DNA of 64,000 nt, taken from an uncultured Candidatus Saccharibacteria bacterium. Lineage in GTDB: Bacteria; Patescibacteriota; Saccharimonadia; Saccharimonadales; CAZJQT01. Made by a program: the position numbers and the translations under genes. Each line of letters opens with the position of its first letter. Positions within the stretch are counted from its first letter, which is position 1. The stretch spans positions 6,743 through 70,742 of the forward strand of contig CAZWRJ010000003.1 in the NCBI GenBank assembly GCA_964636215.1, given 5' to 3'. A model generated the notes under the pieces. It saw only the letters and a program-made list of their open reading frames with translations. It did no database searches and was not told the DNA's origin. Below are positions 57,032-64,000 of this stretch, in pieces.

Positions 57032-57071
57032 AACCGTCATTAGAAATTCTTCGATTGACGGTTTTCTTTAT
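57032..57071 (+). terminator. Rho-independent terminator after rpmE
   Basis: AACCGTCA/TGACGGTT stem followed by TTCTTTAT. Confidence 0.5.
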
Positions 57072-57090
57072 ATACTTAAGGTAAGTGACT

Positions 57091-58143
57091 ATGGAATCTA
57101 AAGAACATCAACTCAGGCAGGAGTACCAAAAACTGCAGGCCAAGCTGCAGGATCCTTCAATTTTTAGTAAACCCGAATACCCTAAACTGGCCAAACAATT
57201 GAGTCATCTTGAGGAAGTTTTTGTCTTGTATGATGAAAAAAAGCGATTACAGTCAGCCTCTAAAGAAGCATCCGAGTTAGCCATGAGTGGCGATGAGCTG
57301 GCAGAGTTAGCCCAACAGGAGCTTGATGAGACAGATACTAAACTTAAAGTCATTGAATCACAACTGCAGGAAAAATTGACCCCTAAAGATCCTAATGATG
57401 AAAAAGATGTGATTATTGAGGTCCGAGCCGCTGCTGGCGGTGATGAATCCAGCTTATTTGCCGGAGAATTATATAGAATGTATTGTCGTTGGGCGGAAAC
57501 TCATAATTACAAAACTGAGTTAATCAGCGAAAGTCCTAGTGAAGCTGGTGGTTTTAAAGAAATAATTTTTGCAGTTCGTGGGGACGATGTCTATCGCCAA
57601 CTTAAATTTGAAGCCGGGGTGCATCGGGTTCAACGGGTACCGGTTACCGAAAGCCAAGGTCGTATACATACATCTACGGTGACTGTAGCAGTTATGCCCG
57701 AAGCCGAGGAAACGGATATCGAGATCAAGGATTCGGATCTCAGGATTGATGTTTTTCGCTCAGGTGGACACGGTGGCCAATCAGTAAATACCACAGACTC
57801 CGCTGTGCGTATTACTCACCTGCCGACTGGATTAGTGGTTGCTAATCAAGATGAGAAATCTCAGATTAAGAATAAAGCTAAAGCGATGAGCGTATTGCGT
57901 TCTCGCCTTCTTCAAATGAAAATTGATGAAGAAACTAAACAAATGTCAGAATCTAGGCGCAAACTGATCGGCTCCGGCGATCGTAGCGAGAAAATACGCA
58001 CCTATAACTTCCCTCAGGACCGCATTACTGATCATCGTATTAGTTATAGCCGGTCAAACATACCGGGAGCTCTTAATGGTGATATCAATGATCTAATAGA
58101 GAAACTCTTAGCTTATGATCATGAGTTAATAGTCCACGAGTAA
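57091..58143 (+). CDS. prfA: peptide chain release factor 1
   Basis: PVT and GGQ motifs. The track start at 57085 is a GTG; the ATG at 57091 follows taaggtaag. Confidence 0.9.
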   Translation: MESKEHQLRQEYQKLQAKLQDPSIFSKPEYPKLAKQLSHLEEVFVLYDEKKRLQSASKEASELAMSGDELAELAQQELDETDTKLKVIESQLQEKLTPKDPNDEKDVIIEVRAAAGGDESSLFAGELYRMYCRWAETHNYKTELISESPSEAGGFKEIIFAVRGDDVYRQLKFEAGVHRVQRVPVTESQGRIHTSTVTVAVMPEAEETDIEIKDSDLRIDVFRSGGHGGQSVNTTDSAVRITHLPTGLVVANQDEKSQIKNKAKAMSVLRSRLLQMKIDEETKQMSESRRKLIGSGDRSEKIRTYNFPQDRITDHRISYSRSNIPGALNGDINDLIEKLLAYDHELIVHE

Positions 58144-58150
58144 TTGGTCT

Positions 58151-58960
58151 ATGACCATACAGAACTTCTTGCGTACCAGTACAACCGAATTAACTAAGCA
58201 TGATGTGTTTACGGCAAGACTTGATTGTTTGGTGCTACTTGAGGACTTATTGAACACAGATCGTACTCAACTACTTGCGAATGGTGACAAAAAACTTAGT
58301 GTTGAACAACTTTCTATATTAAATCAACAAATTGAACGTCGGGGCGCCCACGAACCATTAGCCTACATTCGTGGTAAAACGGAGTTTTATGGTCGAGAGT
58401 TTGTGATTTCACCAGATACACTTGAACCCAGACCGGAAACCGAGACCATGATTGAGCTGGTTAAAAGTCTGGGTTTTACTAAAGGCACTAAACTTGCCGA
58501 TATCGGTGCTGGTAGTGGTGCGATTGGTATTACACTGGCCCTGGAAATACCTGGGCTTCTAGTTGATATGTATGAACTGAGTAAACCAGCCATTGAAATA
58601 GCCAAAAAAAATATAATGACTAACGGGGTTCAGAATTGTCATATATATAAGAGTGACCTACTTGCTGACCTAAAAACTAACTACCAAGTTATAGTTGCTA
58701 ACCTCCCTTATGTACCTGATAGTCATACAATTAACCCAGCTGCTATGCATGAACCAAAACTAGCGATTTTTGGCGGTCCTGATGGCTTAGATATCTACAG
58801 ACGTCTTTTTAGTCAAATAGCGGGTTTAGATCATAAGCCACATTATGTTTTAACTGAGGCTCTGCCCCCGCAGCACAAGGAGCTAGAACTAATTGCCAAA
58901 CAAAGTGGCTATAAGCAGTTAAAAACAGATGATTTCATTCAAGTATACGAGCTTACTTAG
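58151..58960 (+). CDS. prmC: release factor glutamine methyltransferase
   Basis: IGAGSGAIGI and NLPYV (a variant of NPPY), located directly after prfA. Confidence 0.8.
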   Translation: MTIQNFLRTSTTELTKHDVFTARLDCLVLLEDLLNTDRTQLLANGDKKLSVEQLSILNQQIERRGAHEPLAYIRGKTEFYGREFVISPDTLEPRPETETMIELVKSLGFTKGTKLADIGAGSGAIGITLALEIPGLLVDMYELSKPAIEIAKKNIMTNGVQNCHIYKSDLLADLKTNYQVIVANLPYVPDSHTINPAAMHEPKLAIFGGPDGLDIYRRLFSQIAGLDHKPHYVLTEALPPQHKELELIAKQSGYKQLKTDDFIQVYELT

Positions 58961-60443
58961 AAGTTTGATCTTTATCGGTTGGTTCAATGATTTCTGGCGA
59001 TTCAGTTGGTGGTTCATTGGGGGTAGTTGGTTTAGTAGAAACTAGTGACGGGAAATGTCTATGCATAAATTCCTGTTTCTTCAGATAGCGCCAGCCAAAA
59101 TAGCCTCCTATTGCAAGACCCCCGAGTAAAATTATGAATCCAATAAGAATAGCCCAGCCCCATGGACCCTTAATGAGCTTTAAACTGTTTGTCGGATTAG
59201 TTATAAGACTCAGTACTCCGCTTGGTACGTCACCAGCGTTTTGAACACTACTATCAGGATTAGATTTATTATTGTCAGAGGTTTGCGAATCGTGATTTTT
59301 TGCCGATGAGCTACCTGAACCACCAGAGGAGGATGATCCAGATCCACCTCCAGATGAGCCGCCCTGGCCAGAATTTACACCTGTATCATCGAGAATAGCT
59401 GCTTCTATAGCCACAACTCCGGCATCAATATTTGTAATACCGTGTGATGCACCAGATACGGTTTCTTGGCTAAAATACGGCGTAACTCCTTTTAGTTTGG
59501 CTAAATAATCTTGAGCGTGAGCTGGTGCAACGGTAACATCAGCTGAACCAAAGATAAAATGCAATCTGGTAGTTGGATAGTTAAAATCAGTTCCTGCTTC
59601 AACACTGTCGGCTTTCCAATCTGGCGCGTAACTATCGTCATGACTCGCACAAGGCCCTGATGACGGATCACGTGGATTATAGCCATCATAAGAACTATCG
59701 ATATCACGGGCATTAGATACATCATAGTAGTAGTCTTCCTGCCCAGGCAGTCGTTGGCAACCTTTAGCTAAAGCGGCATGAGGTGGACCACTGGTTGGAA
59801 TAGCGGCGTCAATTATGCTATCTAACCCATAAAAACTGAGTGAAAATGATATTTGGCTGGAACCACCACTGTTACCAGATACACAAAAGCCACATTTACC
59901 AATTTTATCGGGGTGGATATTGAGATCTGCGTAAATGTTGTCATGGATCCACTTAATGGCAGTAGCTGGTCTACAAGCTAGTTTGGCTGGCCCCGGCTGT
60001 TCATTGCGCCCACTTTTGACCCAACCGTTGGGCCACGCTACTTGAATCATCGTTAATCCCTTGGCCCTCATATCAGATACAACCTGAAGTCTACCGCTGA
60101 CGCCACCGTCATGTGTCCACCAGTTACTACCATCTGCGCCACTAAACAACACGACTACACCGCGAACGGCGGTGGTGGCCTTACTTATACTCATATAACC
60201 GGGGGCGTCAGCGTTTGTACTTGGGCAGCTCACGTTAAACTGCGAACAAGTGGCACCGGAGTCACAATCTGGTGCTCCACTACCTGTTTGCGTGAACGTA
60301 CCCAGGGATAGGCTACTGGCTTTAGCTTGGCTATGCTTGTTCAAACCAAGTGCTAGTAAGTAAAAACTAACTATGACAAAACAGCTTGCCAGTAGAGCTT
60401 TCAGAGTATTTCCTAAAATTTTTGATGGTTTTAATTTAGTCAT
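58953..60443 (-). CDS. surface-anchored alpha/beta-hydrolase-like protein, paralog B
   Basis: It has the same architecture and motifs as 23333-24778 (KIGKCGFCVSGNSGG, AKLACRPATAIKWI, Gly/Ser linker, C-terminal TM, EIIEPTDKDQ tail). Confidence 0.7.
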   Translation of the reverse strand: MTKLKPSKILGNTLKALLASCFVIVSFYLLALGLNKHSQAKASSLSLGTFTQTGSGAPDCDSGATCSQFNVSCPSTNADAPGYMSISKATTAVRGVVVLFSGADGSNWWTHDGGVSGRLQVVSDMRAKGLTMIQVAWPNGWVKSGRNEQPGPAKLACRPATAIKWIHDNIYADLNIHPDKIGKCGFCVSGNSGGSSQISFSLSFYGLDSIIDAAIPTSGPPHAALAKGCQRLPGQEDYYYDVSNARDIDSSYDGYNPRDPSSGPCASHDDSYAPDWKADSVEAGTDFNYPTTRLHFIFGSADVTVAPAHAQDYLAKLKGVTPYFSQETVSGASHGITNIDAGVVAIEAAILDDTGVNSGQGGSSGGGSGSSSSGGSGSSSAKNHDSQTSDNNKSNPDSSVQNAGDVPSGVLSLITNPTNSLKLIKGPWGWAILIGFIILLGGLAIGGYFGWRYLKKQEFMHRHFPSLVSTKPTTPNEPPTESPEIIEPTDKDQTSK

Positions 60444-60450
60444 TTGAAAC

Positions 60451-61638
60451 TTACGATTCGGGCAAAGCTTTAAGGGTGGCTTTTGCGGTCATTTCTTTTC
60501 CATCTCTAATAATAGTCAGTGTCACTTCGTCACCGACACTATGCTGACCAATTACAGAAGTGAGATTGTTATCGGTATCTAGTACAGTATCATCAACTTT
60601 GGTAATGATATCTTTTTCCTTTAGCCCTGCTGCTTCAGCTGGGCTGCCGCTCATTATTGAAGATTGGCCGTTAGTACTGGGTAATATATAAGCACCTTTG
60701 GTGGTGTCTAGTTTAAGCTTATCTGCTACGGCTGGAGTCAATGTTATATACCTAACACCTAAATAGGGTTGCTCGAACGCACCCGTTTTGAGAATACTGT
60801 CTATTAAGCCACGAATGTCGTTAATTGGAATGGCAAACCCAATGTTTTGGGCGGTGCCGCCGGCAATAGCAGTATTAATGGCTATAACCTCGCCGTTAAT
60901 ATTTACCAGTGGTCCGCCAGAATTACCCTGATTAATGGCGGCATCAGTCTGGAATAGATTTTGCAGGCTTTCACTACCAGTTTCGTCACCGGCTTGAACG
61001 CTGCGGTCAAAACCAGAGATTATGCCAGAGGTTACGGTGTTTTGAAACTCTCCTAGAGCATTACCGATGGCTACAACTTTATCGCCAACTCGAACCTCTG
61101 AAGAATCTCCTAACTTAGCCGGCACTAATTTTTTGCCTTTAGTGTCGCCAATCTTTAGAAAAGCCACATCGAGCGAACTACTGGTGTTACTGCGACCAAT
61201 AACCTCAACATTTTTGAATCTGGTTCCGTCGGCAAGAGTGATATTGACAGTTTTGGTTCCAGCCGGAACCACATGTCGATTAGTTACAATATAGCCATTG
61301 CTACTGATGATAATTCCGGTACCGGCGCTTTGTTGAAGAGTTGAAACGGGACCAAATGGACTTTGGGCTACCGCCTGGCTAGTCGTATCAATCGACACCA
61401 CGCTAGGACCAACCGTTTTGGCTATATTACTAATCAGTTGACTTTCATTAAGCACAACCTGTTGGGTGGCTTCTGTAGAGTTAGCTTGCTGTTTTAATTG
61501 AGCCCTGGAACCAAAATAACCGCCGCCAAAGCCGGCCGTAAGCGCAACCATTACGAGTAATATGTATCTCTTGGTTATATGACTAACAGGACCCTTGTTT
61601 TTGGTAGCATTCTCGGCTTGAATTTTGGGATCTGCCAT
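60451..61638 (-). CDS. HtrA/DegP-family serine protease with PDZ
   Basis: GNSGGPLVN plus a PDZ domain and an N-terminal TM segment. Confidence 0.85.
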   Translation of the reverse strand: MADPKIQAENATKNKGPVSHITKRYILLVMVALTAGFGGGYFGSRAQLKQQANSTEATQQVVLNESQLISNIAKTVGPSVVSIDTTSQAVAQSPFGPVSTLQQSAGTGIIISSNGYIVTNRHVVPAGTKTVNITLADGTRFKNVEVIGRSNTSSSLDVAFLKIGDTKGKKLVPAKLGDSSEVRVGDKVVAIGNALGEFQNTVTSGIISGFDRSVQAGDETGSESLQNLFQTDAAINQGNSGGPLVNINGEVIAINTAIAGGTAQNIGFAIPINDIRGLIDSILKTGAFEQPYLGVRYITLTPAVADKLKLDTTKGAYILPSTNGQSSIMSGSPAEAAGLKEKDIITKVDDTVLDTDNNLTSVIGQHSVGDEVTLTIIRDGKEMTAKATLKALPES

Positions 61639-61662
61639 TTTTACATTTCCTCTTTGTGAATA

Positions 61663-62412
61663 CTAAAAAGTACTAGGACTCCACTCTGACAAAAGTAAGA
61701 CAATAGCAATAACGGCTACCATCACAAACACTATCTGACGACGCATAAAAATCGATAAACGATCAGTTTCGCTCAGATAATAGAGACTACCTAGTCCAAA
61801 GCCGATTATAGTTAAAAGCAACGTTGGTTGGGCAATCACGCTATAGAAAATTAGCCAGTGGCCAGATAGCCACATCAGAGCAGCTGCAAAATACCCCCAG
61901 GTGTGTGAATATAGTGAAGTTCGTGGTTCATCGAAACTAGTGAAAAAGTGACGAGCCGCCAAATAAGCTATAGCCCAACCCACTAGCATCAAAGTAAATA
62001 ATGGGCTGGCTGGCCAAGCTAGAAATAAAGCCATTAATCCGTAAGTTTGGCCAATGAAAGCCTGAGCTGAGACACTTAGCACGTTCCGACCAGGTTTTAT
62101 AACAACTTGCCAAACAACGTATAGAGCCGCCCAGAATAATTGCCAAGAACCACTGTGGCTGTGTGTCATGAAAACTATAGTGCTAAGCCCGACTATTAGA
62201 TCAATGGCATTGGCCCGAATATTTGCTGGCCAAAACCGTGGTCTTACAGCCAACATCCGCCATTTACTAAGTAGTAGTACAGTGACCGCTAGTGGTACTA
62301 CATGAATCCTGATCAGAACATAGATAATTGCTGGGACCAAAGCACTTAAGAATATGTGAACGATGTGTGCAAAGCCTTTGGTAGGCTTTACTTTAAGTGC
62401 CAGTGTTCTCAT
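61663..62412 (-). CDS. integral membrane hypothetical protein
   Basis: About seven TM helices. Confidence 0.5.
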   Translation of the reverse strand: MRTLALKVKPTKGFAHIVHIFLSALVPAIIYVLIRIHVVPLAVTVLLLSKWRMLAVRPRFWPANIRANAIDLIVGLSTIVFMTHSHSGSWQLFWAALYVVWQVVIKPGRNVLSVSAQAFIGQTYGLMALFLAWPASPLFTLMLVGWAIAYLAARHFFTSFDEPRTSLYSHTWGYFAAALMWLSGHWLIFYSVIAQPTLLLTIIGFGLGSLYYLSETDRLSIFMRRQIVFVMVAVIAIVLLLSEWSPSTF

Positions 62413-64000
62413 TTTGCCCTAGTATTATAACAAAATCGGCGAGTCCAGGGTCTATTTTAGTATCCGGTAAACTGGTTACGGCTGTAGTTTTAAATCGCTG
62501 TTCTAAATAATGTTGAGTGTACTTATTTAAGCCGTTTCTTAGATCAACTAGAATAGTTTGAGAATAGTTGTGGGTCGGGGCGTCTTTAACCCCAATAATG
62601 TTATAACCGTAAGATTTGAGCTCAGTTTTCTTAGTTGTAGCCAGACCAGCAACACTAGTGCCATTTAGGATTAAGATTTTGGCGTTTTCTTTCGTAATAT
62701 GGCCATCAATTAATGATTTACGCACGAATAGTCTAATGGCGTCGTAATTGAACAAACCGGCTCTTGGTTCAACTACAGATAAGCCATTAACTCCGCCGGT
62801 TGTTAATAGGGCATTTGGTGGTGTAACCATATCAAGCGAAGTAATGTTTGAGGAGGTAATTTGTGAGCTGATGTCACGTAGCCTCAGTAAATTATCTAGT
62901 GACAGATCGGTGTAGACGTTACTACCTAGGCTCGATAGTAAATTAGATACTTTTAGTGGATTAGAAAGAGTGCCCAGACTAAAGGCTTTGTCTTTAAGTC
63001 CTTCTAACAACTGTCTTTGCCTCTGGCCTCTGGCGAAGTCTGAACTAGTCTCCCGCGAACGAGCGTAAAGCAAAGCTTGCTGTCCGAGCATAACCTGTAT
63101 GCCTTTGGCGGCAATTATCGGGTTATTGTTGTTTTCCCAGGCTATACTTGGGTCATACAGCTGTTCGGTCACATCAATCTTAACTCCTCCTACAGCATCT
63201 ACGGCTTGTTTGAAGGCTGAGAAATTAACTACGGCGTGATATTGGATGGGTATACCAAGAATCGGTTGCAGGGTTTGATCTAATAAGGCTATGCCAGCGC
63301 GCTTGCGAGTAGTAATTGATTTAGCAGTTGACTCTTCTTTACCGTAGGCATAGGCAGCGTTAATTTTTTGTTGACCGTGGCCGGGGATATTAACCCATAG
63401 GTCTCTAGGAATACTTAGTAGAACTGCTTTGTTGTTAATTGGGTCAATGCTAGCCAACAGAATAGTATCTGTTAGGTCTGGGCCATCATGGCCACTACCA
63501 CCAACCCCAAGTAGTAGGATATTGACCCGACCATCGCCTTCACCATTGAGTAAGTTAGGGTCGGCGTTTGGGTCAAGGGCTGCCGCATTACCACCGCCGT
63601 TTAGTACGTTATGGAGACCCCATATACCTCTACCAAACAAGAAACCAAAGATAAGTAGAATAACTACGGCGGAGCTAATTAATCCTTTTTTCCAGGTAAA
63701 AGGCTTTAGCCGAAGTTTTTTCCATATAGTTTTTTTAGTTGGTTTGTCCGGCGCTGGCTGTAAATTCAGCTCTATTTTTCCGTCTTTTCGACGGTGTGGG
63801 CTACGTCCTAACGGACGAGCATCTGTTGATTGTAGCTGAGGCTGTTTAGCCGGATGAAAACCATCAGATAATTTAAAATTATCTAACCGGGTTCTAGCCA
63901 GTAGTTGATTACCTCTTTCACGAATATTAGACGTTCTAAGCCCACTGGCACCCTTTCCTGGGTGGAGATCAGAAACAGATCCCGAAGTGACAATACCATC
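62393..64000 (-). CDS. LCP (LytR-CpsA-Psr) family protein, 5' end beyond window
   Basis: It contains ILLLGVGGSGHDGPDLTDTILLASIDP. The frame stays open upstream of the track start through a TM helix (AVVILLIFGF) to the window edge. Confidence 0.75.
   Translation of the reverse strand, partial: DGIVTSGSVSDLHPGKGASGLRTSNIRERGNQLLARTRLDNFKLSDGFHPAKQPQLQSTDARPLGRSPHRRKDGKIELNLQPAPDKPTKKTIWKKLRLKPFTWKKGLISSAVVILLIFGFLFGRGIWGLHNVLNGGGNAAALDPNADPNLLNGEGDGRVNILLLGVGGSGHDGPDLTDTILLASIDPINNKAVLLSIPRDLWVNIPGHGQQKINAAYAYGKEESTAKSITTRKRAGIALLDQTLQPILGIPIQYHAVVNFSAFKQAVDAVGGVKIDVTEQLYDPSIAWENNNNPIIAAKGIQVMLGQQALLYARSRETSSDFARGQRQRQLLEGLKDKAFSLGTLSNPLKVSNLLSSLGSNVYTDLSLDNLLRLRDISSQITSSNITSLDMVTPPNALLTTGGVNGLSVVEPRAGLFNYDAIRLFVRKSLIDGHITKENAKILILNGTSVAGLATTKKTELKSYGYNIIGVKDAPTHNYSQTILVDLRNGLNKYTQHYLEQRFKTTAVTSLPDTKIDPGLADFVIILGQNENTGT

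Noticed and set aside
1-64000. CRISPR arrays, IS elements or integrases
   Set aside because: No regularly spaced direct repeats were seen. No transposase, integrase or recombinase-like ORFs appear among the translated frames.

Overview
This 64 kb window is densely coded and mostly on the minus strand. By eye the base composition is in the mid-40s % GC, it uses the standard genetic code (UGA stops, and both RF1 and RF2 are present), and adjacent genes often share ATGA/GTGA/TAATG stop-start overlaps. The gene content is housekeeping and reads like a reduced-genome bacterium, plausibly Patescibacteria/CPR and Saccharibacteria-like; that taxonomic call is inference from gene content only. The identifiable genes are pth (5' partial), topA, a reduced dcw cluster (mraZ-rsmH-ftsL-ftsI-mraY-ftsW-murG-ftsQ with no mur ligases and no ftsA/ftsZ), glyQS, recO, xseAB, rpmA, pyrG, ftsEX with a PcsB-like coiled-coil/CHAP hydrolase, prfB, secA, hpf, serS, msrA, lysS, greA, proS, rseP, uppS, frr, tsf, rpsB, rpmE, prfA and prmC. 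I found no rRNA, tRNA or CRISPR array. The most unusual locus is 3.63-4.21 kb, just downstream of topA. An 11-bp perfect inverted repeat is followed by a ~450-bp compositional island of roughly 60-70 % GC with no credible full-length CDS. The island ends in a textbook type III hammerhead ribozyme at 4155-4209 on the plus strand. Other points of interest are a ~490-bp intergenic stretch between pth and topA that carries several perfect GNRA-capped hairpins, and two paralogous surface-anchored alpha/beta-hydrolase-like proteins. There is a MraZ-type TGGG-repeat operator with 10-bp periodicity, and a sigma-region-4 plus tandem HARE-HTH protein behind a near-consensus promoter. A small accessory cluster holds NYN, VOC, alpha/beta hydrolase, standalone HD small-alarmone-hydrolase-like, ABM and DUF5661-like genes. 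The ribosomal cluster lacks pyrH and cdsA. The six-frame track uses GTG/TTG as M, so I re-checked start codons on the sequence and adjusted several.
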